Below are positions 12,901 to 24,693 of a stretch of 64,000 nt of DNA, one piece after another (within the stretch, counting starts at the first letter, position 1; each line of letters begins with the position of its first letter). The stretch lies in the NCBI GenBank assembly GCA_028826165.1, contig JAPDFW010000022.1:1-64000 (forward strand), given 5' to 3'. The notes beneath the pieces are model-generated. The model was not told the DNA's origin. It saw nothing but the letters and a program-made list of their open reading frames with translations, and searched no databases. This DNA is from Anaeramoeba ignava BMAN. Lineage: Eukaryota > Protista > Anaeramoebae. The position numbers and the translations under genes were made by a program.

Positions 12901-13746
12901 ATTTTTATTATTTTGATTTTGATTTTGATTTTGATTTTGATTTTGATTTTGATTTTGATTTTGATTTTGATTTTGATTTTGATTTTGATTTTGAATTTGA
13001 TTTTGATTTTGATTTTGATTTTGATTTTGATTTTGATTTTCATTTTCATTTTGATTTTGATTTTCATTTTGATTTTCATTTTGATTTTGATTTTGATTTT
13101 GATTTTGATTTTGATTTTGATTTTGATTTGAATTGGAAAATTTTTTAGATTCAATTAATCCTGAACGCCACCATATACAGTCTGTTATATTCTCACTTTT
13201 ACGTATTTTCTTCACTAATGTTTTGATACATAAAATTTGACGGTTATTGAATTTAGGAACATATTTTTTTCTTAATGAATTTTTTTTTTCTTCTTTGGAA
13301 TCAAATTTCTTATTATTTTTTGGATTATTGACTTGAGCATCTTTTTCAATTTGGCACAATTCATCATGACTCAGCATTTTTTGGAGAGTTAAGATTAAAG
13401 GAATCACAATAACAGCAGAATCTGAAGAAATAACAAGTAAATATTCTGCTTCTGGAGCTAATTCTATTAAGATGATTTCTTTACTGATAGATCTAATTGG
13501 AGACCATTTGATGTGCCGAATCCATAAGAATTGAGTTGGTGTTGAACAACGAATTGTGATATTTCCTGTTGAAGTTGCTGTTGCTAATAAAGAGTATTGT
13601 TTGTTATATTCTTGAGTTACTATTGATACAAATTTTCTTTTTGCTTTTGTTTTTTGTGCAGATTTTAATGGTGATATTGTTAGTATTTTTTCTAATCGAA
13701 ATAGTTCGAATTGTGGAAATTGTTTGTTTAATAATTCTTCATTCAT
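9966..13746 (-). CDS. Large beta-propeller / alpha-solenoid / C-terminal Zn-ligand protein (HOPS/CORVET- or BLOC-2-like architecture); one gene split by frameshifts
   Basis: Three consecutive ORFs (12352-13746, 11606-12355, 9966-11819) join via a single-base indel and a repeat tract. Beta-rich N-terminus; Vps18/Vps11-like segment EKAADKHFEAGNFDQANQLY; C-terminal CEH...CPVC. Confidence 0.55.
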
Positions 13747-14089
13747 GGTAATTGTATAAGGTTGTATAATCTAATCTAGAATAAACAAAAAGAAGAAAGA
13801 AGGAAAGAAAAAAAATAAATCAAAATAATTTAATAAAAAAAATTTTTTTTACAAATTAAAAAAAAAATAAAAAAATTAAAAGAAGAAAAAAATAATAAAA
13901 AAATAAAATGTTCTTCTCTTTTTATTTTTATTTTTATTTTTATTTTTGTTTTTGAAATTTAAATTTCATTCTTTGTTGGATTACTTTTACTAAATTGATT
14001 AAATCTTTTAATTTTTTGTTTTTGTTTTTGTTTTAAGAAAAAGAAAAAAAGAAGAAAGAAAGAAAGAAAGAAAAATTTTTTCCTTAAAT

Positions 14090-16810
14090 TTAAAGAATGT
14101 GGATATGATGATCCTTTTCCAATGTTTTTCTTGCTAGGTTTTCAATCTTTTCAATTAAATCATTCTTTTCTCCTTTTTTAGTTTTAGTCTCAGGATTCTT
14201 TAATTGAAAATACATTTCTCTTCCAAAAACTCTTCTTGCAAAAGTTGTTCCTACATGATTTCTATTATTTTAAATTTTAAATTTTAAATTTTAAATTATA
14301 ATTTTTGGATTAGAAAAAAAGAATAAGAATAATAATAATATACTTTAAAATCATTTGAGAAACTGATGAATCTTGACTAAATGAACTATGACAAACAAAT
14401 GCATCTTTTGTAAATTCTTGTCCTAATTTTGATTTTGTTTCTGTTTGAACCATTCTTTGAGTATCGTTATCAAAAACAAGGAAGTTATATCTTTCTCCAT
14501 TTGTTAACTATAATTTTTTGATATTAAATAAATTTAAATATTAAATAATTTTGATTTTGATTTTGATTTTGATTTTGATTTTGATTTTGATTTTGATATT
14601 AAAATTTGATATTTAATTTTAATTTTAATTTTAATTTTAATTTTAAATAATTTTGATTTTAATTTTGATATTAAATAATTTTGATATTAAAATTTGATTT
14701 TGATTTTGATTTTGATTTTGATTTTGATTTTGATTTAAATATTAAATAAATTTAAATATTAAATAAATTTAAATATTAAATAATTTTGATATTAAATAAT
14801 ATTGATTTTGATTTTAATTTTGATTTTGATTTTGATTTTGATATTAAATAATTTTGAATTGAATATGAATGTAGTTAAAATAGGTTTATTGATATTATTA
14901 TCTACAGTAGATTTTTTTTCAAGAAGTTTTTCTGTTAAAGGATTTTCGAATAAACTTTGAAGTTCTTGTCCTAATTGAGAAAATTTTGAATTTAAACGTC
15001 TCTAAAAAAATAGAAAATATTTTTGATATATAAATATATTGTTTTGATATTAATTCGATTTAATATACAATTGCATTTATAGCTTTTTGATCATGAAGAT
15101 AATTTAGAGTAGTAATAACTGCAAGAGTAATTGAATTAAAACGAGTAATTCTTAATCCCAAATATTTTCCATCAGAATATTCTTTCGTAAAAACCTTTAA
15201 AAAAAAAATCAAATTTAAAATATAAATTTGGAACTGAATTGAAAATAATTTTCAAATACTTTTGGAAATTCTTTTTTAGTTCGATTTTTTGCTATATTTG
15301 ATTGCTGAATATCTTTTTCAATTTTTGAAGAATCAAGCTCTTTTAATTGTGGATTTTCTTGAATTCCTGTAATAACATCTGGTGAAATACTTTTTTCTTG
15401 GGTGGAATTTTCTGAATTAAATTCATTTGGTTCCATATTTTCATCAATTTGGATTGCTTGAGTTTGATTTTCAATATTATTTTTATTTTTGTTTTCATTT
15501 TCAACACTATTTTCATTTCCAATACTATTTTCATTTCCAATACTATTTTCATTTCCAATACTATTTTCATTTCCAATACTATTTTCATTTTCATTCTCAT
15601 TTTCATTTTCATTTTCATTCTCATTTTCATTGTTATTATTGTTATTATTATTATCATCTTCGTTTTCTTGAAATTGCGATTTATATTGCTTTTCAGATGT
15701 TAATTTTGAAAATATCTTTGATTTGAGTTTATCATTAAAAATAAAAACAGGAACGGTTTCAATTGTATCTATCGGTTGAGATTTGGAAACATCTTTTGAT
15801 TGTAATCTTTTTTGTGATGATTTGGATGTTAACTTTTGTGATTCATTGATGCTTTTATCTCTATATTGAACATAATCATTGTATTCTTCTTGATAATAAA
15901 GTAACCTTATGTAAATCCAACGAGTAATTTCTAAATCAAGGTCTGTACAAAGTAATTTATTATTATAGAAAATACATCCACCAAAAAAATTTTCCCAATT
16001 TCTAATTTCTTCCAAAATTTGTGAAGCTGAAATAAAGTAACGATTGAAAGGCTATTTTGGAAAAAAATAATTGAAAAATAATTGAAAAAAATAATTAAGT
16101 TTTTGTTTTTGTTGTTCTTTTTCTTTAAATATTTACAGGAGGAATTTCTAAATAAGGTAAAGTGTGAAAAGATGTAAGGATTCTTTGTTGTATTCCCATA
16201 ACATTTTCTGGTTGAATTATAAAGGGAATTAATTCTTCACCAGATTTGTAAAATAATTTCTTCAAATCTTCTTTTGATTCTTCAGCTCTCTGTTTTTGTT
16301 TTATTTTGTTTTTTGTTTTTTGTTTTTGTTTTTGTTTTTGTTTTTTGTTTTTTTGGATAAAATTTAAATTAAAAATAAATAAATCTTTTTTTTTTTGAAT
16401 CAAAAAAAAACACTTTCCATTTCAATATGATCGAATGAATGGTTAAAAAATTGGAAGCATTTAATAAATAAATCATGTCTTTGCAAAAGTGATGTATCAT
16501 TAATAGTTTCTTTTGGAGCACAAATAACAGTAACAATATCACCAAGTTTTCGAATACTCAATTTTGTATGAGTCAAAGTAATAATTTCAAGTTTATTATC
16601 AGCAAATACATCCATAAACTTCTCTGTTGCAGTAATTACTCCAGCAAGCATTTCCTGTTTATCAAGTGGCATTTGTGGTGGATAAAAAAATATTACTCTT
16701 TCTGGATATTCTTCTTTGTCATCATCAAAAACTTGATTTTCTTCTTCTCGAAACCAGAAATAACATCCATTACGAAGTGATTGTGAATCTAAATCTTGAT
16801 CAGCCATCAT
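14090..16810 (-). CDS. HPS4: HPS4-like (CCZ1/INTU/HPS4 tri-longin; BLOC-3 subunit), 7 exons
   Basis: N-terminal VIFFYPPQMPLDKQEMLAGVI resembles HPS4 [20 protein letters not shown]; middle GGCIFYNNKLLCTDL; C-terminal GREMYFQ...ARKTLEKD. GT-AG introns were traced in frame, with one indel near 16030. Confidence 0.7.
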
Positions 16811-17019
16811 AATTTGTAAAAAAATCAAATAAAATCAAATAAAATCAAATAAAATCAAATTAAGTAAAATCAAATTAAATCAAATTAAATCAAATCAAAA
16901 TTCAAGGAAATGGAAACAAGATATTTGAATTGAATACAAAAGAAAAAAAAAATGAAAAATGATTTTTCAAAAATTTTTTTTTTAATTTTTAATTTCTCTA
17001 AATAAAAAAAATATTTTCT

Positions 17020-18822
17020 TTAATCAAATTTTCCTTCTCTAAATAAATCAACAAATTTTTGTATTGCAATTGAATCATGAAGTTCAACATAATCTTGTGG
17101 ATATCTAAATTCTGTGATAGGATCTGTTCTCAAAGGTGTATTTTTGTTTACCAATCGAAGTTCAATTTTATTTTCATTCCACTTTTCTTGATTTTTCAAT
17201 TCTTCCCATTCAAATAATAAAGAGTCAGTAAATTCAGAAAAAGGACCAAAATCTATAATAAATACTCTTTGGTTTTTAGTAATATAAATATCGAAAATAT
17301 CTTTAAAATAGAATAAAATAAGAATAAAATGATTAATTAATTAATTAATTCTATTATTTTCGAAAAGAAAGTATTTGTAAAATTGTGTTTTTTTTTTTAC
17401 AATTTTCATTTGGAAAATTGTTTTGAATCACTTTTTGAAAGAATTCTTGAATTAATTTTAAATATATATCTTTTTTTTCATGTAAAAAGAAATAATAAGT
17501 TGTATGATCTCTTTGAGAAATTGCTAATTTAAGAATAAATTGGAATATTTTTTTTTTCTGAATTAATTTCAATGAGAATATTTTTTTTTTCGAACAAACC
17601 AAATAATTTTTGAGATCTAACAAAGCATCTAAATTCCATTGATGGTAATAAAGGATAATATTTGCGTAATACTAATACAAACTCTTCTGGTGAATCCATT
17701 GTTTTATCATAACAAAAATCAAAGCTAAATTAAATATAAATTTTAAATATAAATCAAATATAAATTTTAAATATAAATTTTAAATATAAATTTTAAATAT
17801 AAATTTTAAATATAAATTTTAAATATAAATTTTAAATATAAATTTTAAATATAAATTTTAAATATAAATCAAAGCTAAATTAAATATAAATTTTAAATAT
17901 AAATACGCATGATTTAAATCATGATGAATATGTATTGATGATTTTAAAGAAAGAAATATATCAGAAACACTATCACATGCAACAGAACCACTAGAAGTAA
18001 CCCAATTTGCATCCTGTATTTTTTTTAATTCAATAATTTAGCTTTAATTCATTTTATGTTTTAAAAAGTTTTTATATATATTTTACACGAGGACAAGTCC
18101 AATTTAATTTAGGAACAACTTTTCCTTCATATAATTTTATAACTTCTTCTATTTCTTTTTCTAATGAAGGAAATGAATATTCATTTTTTTGTTTATCTTT
18201 TACTTCATTTTCTTGAATATTTTTTAAATCCATTTGATATAATTGATTAAGATCTATTTTTTGATTTTCATTTTGATTTTGATTTTTAAATTGATTTTGA
18301 TTTTGATTTTGATTTTGATTTTCATTTTGATTTTCAATTTGATTTTCATTTTGATTTTTATTTTGATTTTGATTTTGATTTTGATTTTCATTTATAAATT
18401 GATTTTGATTTTGATTTTGATTTTGATTTTGATTTTGATTTTGATTTTGATTTTCATTTTGATTTTGATTTTGAATTTGATTTTGATTTTCATTTATAAA
18501 TTGATTTTCATCATCTTCATCTCCAATTTTCCAAAAATCCTCTTCCCGAAATCTCTCAGGAAATTTTACAGAAGAAGGAAGAAAAACACCATCTTCCTTT
18601 AGATATTCAATAAATTTTGAACTTAATTTAATAATTTTACTTTTAATTTTTTTTTTGAATAGAATTTTAAAACATTTCAAATTTCAAATTTCAATTTATT
18701 ATTGATTTTTGATTTTTTTGTAAATTTGAAAAATTGAAAAAAAACCTTTTAATTGTATGCTTTCTAAAAGATTGATACCAAGATTGAAACATACAATTTA
18801 AAACTTCTTGTTGAGAAATCAT
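17020..18822 (-). CDS. CDC123: Cell division cycle protein 123 (D123 ATP-grasp; eIF2 assembly factor), 6 exons
   Basis: Motifs CMFQSWY, FIEYLKEDGVFLP, PKLNWTCPRDANWV, EFRCFVR, AISQRD, IIDFGPF...TDSLLFEWEEL. Confidence 0.92.
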
Positions 18823-19011
18823 CCTTTAAAAAGAAAAATAAAAAATGAAAAATGAATTTTTTGTTTTCAAAATAATTTTTTTTTTTGAAAAGAAAAAAAG
18901 AAAAAAAAGGAATCAATTTAAAAAGAAAAAAAAATCCAATTCCAAAATATCAATCCAAGAAGTAAATTATTTGAGAAAAGAAAAAGAAAAAGAAAAAGAA
19001 AAATTCAATTA

Positions 19012-21795
19012 TTAATGATATTTGAACCATAAAGTAAAAACGAAGAAAAGAATAAACAAGAAAACTTTCGTCAAATATTTAGTATCCAAAGTAGTTCTTT
19101 TTTCATAAAACTTTTTATGAATCTCCTGAAAATCTGCAGTTAATTTTAATGGTTTTTTGGTTAGAAATAATCTTTCAAATAAAAAGCTTCTTTGAGTTTG
19201 AATGTCTTCAATATGAACTGCTAAAACACCAGCTGCTTTTTCTTGTTGTTGAAATGATTTTCCTGTTGAAATTCCGAGTTTTCCACCTTTCTCTTCATTA
19301 AAAAAATCTTCAGATTCAAAATCATCTTGAATCTCAGATTCATCCAAAAAAATTTGTTCTTTCATTGATATTTTTTTCATCATTGGTTTTTTTTTAGGAA
19401 TATCTTTTGTTTTTGATTTTGTCTTTTTCTTTTTCTTTTTCTTATCTTGTATTTTTTCTTTCATTTTTTCTTCTTGATAAATTTTTAGAGTTGGTGAAAT
19501 TTCATTTCTTTTTCCATAAAGTCTTTGAGTTATTAAATTTGGTTCTTTTGAAAATGCATAAACCTCTTTTAAATCACCATCAAATTCTGAAAACTTCATA
19601 TTTTTAGGAACATAAAGAGTGACACATAAATAATTAATTGGGAGATCAAATGAGGCAATTGAGACAGACAATTTTCCTTTTTCTTTCAGAGGAGCTTGAT
19701 TATGCTGTATGAAGACAAATTCAACAATAAAAGGTGGTTGATCTGGATTTGAGGAATCCGATTTGTTCAATGGAACCAAAATGGAGGAATCTTTATCAAT
19801 TGCGGGTTTGACAGATTTACCATCAACTAATGTGGACCAAAGTTCGCAATTACTTGATTTTGGATCATGACTTGATTTGTCTTTTTCTTGCATATAAACG
19901 CGCAAGAATTGCTTTTGGGTATTTCTCACTTTGAGTTTGCAATTATGGAGAATTTCTCCGTTTTTTGAATATAATATTGTGATATGAGCAACTTCGATTA
20001 TAGATATCAAAACAGAAGCGTCTTTATGTTTTGTCACTTTGAGAATTATGTCAAATGATGGAATTAAAAATTTATACGCATACAAAAGTGATCCTTTTGA
20101 AACATCATAAATCTCATCAGAAACTTCTTGTGTGCTAATTTTGGCAAGATTTTTACTCTCGCATTCATTGATTTCCACATTTGTTCGTGCTTCAATAGCA
20201 ACAAACCCTGTTTCTCTGTTTATTTTGCCCAAACATTCAAAAACAGGCAATGAAACATAGCAACTTGTTGATTTCATTTCCAATTCCGTTTCCAAAAGAA
20301 GATTGTAATTGCTTTCAACACCATATTCAAGCCAAATTTTGAGAATTTGTTTTTTTTGGATTGTTTGCATAGATGAAGTAGTTTCTTTCATTTCTTGGTC
20401 GATTTCATCATCACTTTCATTGTTATTTTCGTTATCATTATTATTTTCATTATTATTTTCATTATTATTTTCATTATTATTTTCATTATTTTCATTATTT
20501 TTTTCATTATTTTCATCACTTTCATCACTTTCATCACTTTCATCATCTTTTTCATTTTCATTTTCATTATCTTTTTCGTTTTCTTCTTTAGAAACTACTT
20601 TCCATTTTTTAATAGAATGCCCTTTTACAGATAAAATTTTAAATTTAGGTGTTGATCGAACAGTCGGAACAGCAATCTCAAAAAAAGACTTGGTTCCGTT
20701 ATTAATCTCGAAATTAAACTGTGCGTTTGTTAAAACAACTCCTTCTCCAATCGAATGTAATATATGTTGTTCAACATTAATAATCACTTCCTTCTTATTC
20801 TTTTTGGCTTCTTGCTTGTCTTCTTTTTTTTCTTTGTCGTCAATTTCAAGATCAGATTCTTGCTCAGATTCCGACTCAGGTTCCGAATCAAAAAGATCGA
20901 TCTTCTGAGGCTCAGTCCAAGAAATGGATATGTTTGATCGGGAAAGAAATGTGGATTGAAAAGTTGTTACGCCTTTCCCTGGAATTTGACCTTCTGGTTG
21001 TTGATTTTCAATGTTTTCAATTTGCGTAATTTCTTCCCATTTTTGATTCGCATTATCAATTGCTTCAGAACAAAATATCTTCACTTTTTGATCACCTGGA
21101 ACCGAATAAATCAACTCGTTTTGAATGGAAACGGGGATTTGAAGGTTCAATTCTTTGCCTCTTTCAGTTAAATAAGGAACTAAAAATTCAACTTCAATTG
21201 TGTAATTACCAGTTTCATTTGTAATAAAACAGTAATTATTATTTTGGACTCCAAAACTTAATACAATTTCCTTCTTCTCTTCAATATTTGTGTTTGTGTT
21301 TGTGTCAGTTTTTTCGTTTTTGATTTGAATGATTTTTGACTTGGAAATTGCGATATTTTGATTGAATAAAGGAATTGTAACTAATCCGTTAATTGGAACT
21401 TTTAAAACGGAAATGAATATTGTCGAGTTGAATAGTGAATGCTTTTTAAAAGCTCTTCCATTATACTTTGCATTATAAATAATGGACTGCAATTTGGGAT
21501 TTGAATTTTTCATTTGCGAAAAAATTTTGACTAAGTTTCTTGTTGTGAGTTTGATTTTTGTTCCTATTTTGGCTTTCTTTTTTGGCTTTTCAGTAAGCAT
21601 CTTGATAACATTTAGTGGGATATCAAGTGGTCCTGAATACAGATTTTGTGAGTAATTTTTGAATTTTTCATCATAATCATCATCATAATCTTCATCAGAT
21701 TCATCATTTTCATTTTCACAAAAATCATCATCTTCATCATCGTATTCAAAAGATTCAACCATTTCATTCGCAAAATAATCTGTTTCTTGTTGCAT
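19012..21795 (-). CDS. 927-aa intronless uncharacterised beta-rich protein with acidic inserts and C-terminal transmembrane helix
   Basis: Long open frame with conserved-looking blocks RETGFVAIEA, LYAYKFL, VRNTQKQFLRV, LWSTLVDGKSVKPA, DLPINYLCVTLYVP, GVLAVHI; tail VFLFILFFVFTLWF. Confidence 0.8.
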   Translation of the reverse strand: MQQETDYFANEMVESFEYDDEDDDFCENENDESDEDYDDDYDEKFKNYSQNLYSGPLDIPLNVIKMLTEKPKKKAKIGTKIKLTTRNLVKIFSQMKNSNPKLQSIIYNAKYNGRAFKKHSLFNSTIFISVLKVPINGLVTIPLFNQNIAISKSKIIQIKNEKTDTNTNTNIEEKKEIVLSFGVQNNNYCFITNETGNYTIEVEFLVPYLTERGKELNLQIPVSIQNELIYSVPGDQKVKIFCSEAIDNANQKWEEITQIENIENQQPEGQIPGKGVTTFQSTFLSRSNISISWTEPQKIDLFDSEPESESEQESDLEIDDKEKKEDKQEAKKNKKEVIINVEQHILHSIGEGVVLTNAQFNFEINNGTKSFFEIAVPTVRSTPKFKILSVKGHSIKKWKVVSKEENEKDNENENEKDDESDESDESDENNEKNNENNENNNENNNENNNENNNDNENNNESDDEIDQEMKETTSSMQTIQKKQILKIWLEYGVESNYNLLLETELEMKSTSCYVSLPVFECLGKINRETGFVAIEARTNVEINECESKNLAKISTQEVSDEIYDVSKGSLLYAYKFLIPSFDIILKVTKHKDASVLISIIEVAHITILYSKNGEILHNCKLKVRNTQKQFLRVYMQEKDKSSHDPKSSNCELWSTLVDGKSVKPAIDKDSSILVPLNKSDSSNPDQPPFIVEFVFIQHNQAPLKEKGKLSVSIASFDLPINYLCVTLYVPKNMKFSEFDGDLKEVYAFSKEPNLITQRLYGKRNEISPTLKIYQEEKMKEKIQDKKKKKKKTKSKTKDIPKKKPMMKKISMKEQIFLDESEIQDDFESEDFFNEEKGGKLGISTGKSFQQQEKAAGVLAVHIEDIQTQRSFLFERLFLTKKPLKLTADFQEIHKKFYEKRTTLDTKYLTKVFLFILFFVFTLWFKYH

Positions 21796-22230
21796 TTCTT
21801 TTAAATTCGTAAATTTTTTTTTGCTTTTATTTTAAAAAATGAAAGAAAAAAAAAATGAAAAAAATTGAATTAAAAAAATTTTTTTTATTCTTTTTATTAA
21901 ATTTTTGTTTTCTCGTTTTTAAACATAAAATTCTTCTTTAATTATTAATTCATCTATTTTTCCCCAATAAATACCTATTCATTTCTATATTATAATTGCT
22001 TCCAATTCTAGTATTTTCGAAAACAATTTTTTTTATCTTTAAATTCTTGTTTATTAACAAAATTTCCCAATAAATCCTAAATTTTCTTTTTTAGAATACT
22101 TTTTTAATCTTAAAAAATTAGCACAATTTTTATAATTATTGTTCCAGAAACACCAGTAATTTCATCAACCAAAAAAAGCATTTTTATTTTTCAAAATTTT
22201 TTTTGATCTTCAATTTTCAATTTTATTTTC

Positions 22231-22764
22231 ATGCTTTCAAAAATTTATCCAATAAAAACAGCTCTGTCTCCAATTTTATGCCAAAATATTGGGTCTAGTC
22301 TTGTAAAAAACATATCTTTCAGTTTATTTTGCAATAAAGAAATCACGCATTCTTCAAAAATTTCAGTCAAGAAATATGCAGAAAGAAATAGCAATATGAT
22401 AGTTCGGTGGATTGGAAACGAAGACAACAAATTTACTAACGCAGCTAATGTTGCTCTCTCAACTATTTTAGATTTTTTTGAAAGTTGTGAAGATGATTTT
22501 TCCAAAAAAGGATTTGATATTGAAACATCGTTATCAAGTGGAGTTTTAACAGTTAAAATTGAGAAAAAAGGAACCTATGTGATCAATAAGCAAACTCCTA
22601 CAAGGCAGATATGGGTTAGTTCCCCTCTGACTGGTCCTATAAAGTTTGACCAAAATTTGCAAAATAATGATTGGGTTTGTTCAAGAAATAATCAATATTT
22701 ATCTGATTTTCTTTCAAAAGAAATTTCTGAAATTCTTGGAAAAGATGTTAAGTTTCAATTTTGA
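22231..22764 (+). CDS. FXN: Frataxin (CyaY/Yfh1) with N-terminal organelle presequence
   Basis: SSGVLTVKI..GTYVINKQTPTRQIWVSSPLTGPIKFD signature; N-terminus MLSKIYPIK. Confidence 0.95.
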   Translation: MLSKIYPIKTALSPILCQNIGSSLVKNISFSLFCNKEITHSSKISVKKYAERNSNMIVRWIGNEDNKFTNAANVALSTILDFFESCEDDFSKKGFDIETSLSSGVLTVKIEKKGTYVINKQTPTRQIWVSSPLTGPIKFDQNLQNNDWVCSRNNQYLSDFLSKEISEILGKDVKFQF

Positions 22765-23012
22765 TTTTCAAAAGTTCATTTTAAAATTCAATTTCAAAAT
22801 TTAAATTAAGATCCAAAAATAATCAATAAAAAAAATCTTTTTTTTCATTTTTTTTCTTTTTTTCAAATTTTAAAACACAAAATTTAAAACACAAAATTTA
22901 AAACACAAAATTTAAAACACAAAATTTAAAAACACAAAATTTAAAACACAAAATTTTAAAACACAAAATTTAAAACACAAAATTTTAAACACAAAATTTA
23001 AAAACACAAAAA

Positions 23013-24534
23013 ATGGCAGATGATAGAGAAGAAAAAGTTAATAACTTTTGTGAAATTATGGGATTTATTAAATATTTATTAAAATAAATTAATTATTTAT
23101 TAAATTATTTAATTAAAATAAAATATAAATTATTTATTAAAATATTTATTAAATAATTTATTAAATTATTTATTAAAATATTTATTAAATTAAAATATAA
23201 ATTATTTATTAAATTAATTATTAAATTATTTATTAAATTATTTATTAAATTAAAATATAAATTATTTATTAAATTAAAATATAAATTATTTAGTTGTCAA
23301 ATGATAATCTTGAAGAAGCAGTTAATTTATATATGACAATACAAAGCGAAAAATCTTCAAATAAAATCCCAATAACAATCAAAAATGAACTTGTAACAGG
23401 AAGAGAGAGTATTTATTAAACATTTATAATTTAAAATTTAAAATTTAAAATTCCATAAAAAATTTTAATTAAAAATTATTATTAGATCTTCGTCATTATG
23501 ATCCAATTAGACCACGACCAAATGAACCATTTGATCCTTTTAGTGATTCCCGTAAAATAATTTTTTAAAATTTGAAATTAAAAATTTGAAATTAAAAATT
23601 TGAAATTAAAAATTTGAAATTAAAAATTTGAAATTAAAAATTTGAAATTAAAAATTTGAAATTAAAAATTTAATAAAAAGCTCATTTAAAGGAAATATTC
23701 CAAATCCCTAGAGAAATGGTTTTTATAGGATCATTAGCAAAAGCAAAACAAAAAGGAACAGAAGAAGGAAAATGGGTTCTTGTTAACATACAAGATCCAA
23801 ATGAATTCACATCCTCAGTTTTAAATCGAGATATTTGGAATAATAAAACCATTCAATCAATAATCAACAATCATTTTATTTTTTGTCAATGGAAAGTAGA
23901 TTCCCCAACTTCGCGGATATATCTTCAATTTTACGAGACCTTTTCATTTCCCTCAGTTTCGATTCTCGATCCAATAACAGGGGAACGCTTAGAAAATTGG
24001 CTTACTTTTAATGGAGCAGAAGAAATGATTGAAAATCTTAATAATTTCCTTTTTATTCAAGCTGATTCACTCAAAAAAAGAATCAAAGAACTTGGATTCG
24101 ATTCCCCAAAAAATCCAACACAAGATAATAAACCTCAACAATTAACTGATTTAGAACGTGCTATTCAACAGTCACTTCTTGATCAACAAAAAGAAGAAGA
24201 AGAAGAAAAAAAAAAGAAACAAGAAGAAGAAGAAAAAAAGAAACAAGAAGAAGATGAAAAGGATATTCTTCAAGAACCTCCAGAAAATGATCCTGATATC
24301 ACTCGCATTCAACTCAGAACTTCTGATGGAAAAAGAATTGTTCGTCGTTTCCGTTTTTCTGATCCTGTTTCTTTAATTGCAAAAATTTTCAAACATGAAG
24401 TTCCTGATGCAAAATCAAAACCTTTTGATATGATTGTTTTACCTGCAAGAAATTCTATTATTGAAAAACAAGATATTTCTATCAAAGAAGCTGGATGTGG
24501 AAATTCAGTTATTATTATGGAATGGTTAGATTAA
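23013..24534 (+). CDS. UBX-domain protein (UBA-like, UAS, UIM, UBX; UBXN7/Ubx5-like), multi-exon
   Basis: UAS KWVLVNIQDPNEFTSSVLNRDIW...FPSVSILDPITGE; UIM LERAIQQSL; UBX TRIQLRTSDGKRIVRRFRFSDPV. Upstream exons at 23294-23408 and ~23486-23551. Confidence 0.88.
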
Positions 24535-24693
24535 AAATTTTTTTCTTTTTTCTTTTTCTTTTTCTTTTTCTTTTTCAAATTTGAAATTTTTTGATAAATT
24601 TATTTTTCAAATAAAATCAAAAAAAAAAACAGAAAGAAAGAAAGAAAGAAAGTGGATTGTTCCAAAAAAAAATTTTTTTTTTCAAATCATTTT

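Noticed and set aside
11611-13154. Poly-IL, poly-FD and poly-KI ORFs here and at 25087-27010, 55720-56232, 58341-58808 and 60335-60800
   Set aside because: Alternative frames of stop-free hexamer repeats (AATCAA/AATTTT), not genes
21900-22185. Slightly coding-like stretch on the minus strand between the 927-aa gene and frataxin
   Set aside because: No open frame or consistent splice model and no recognisable motif
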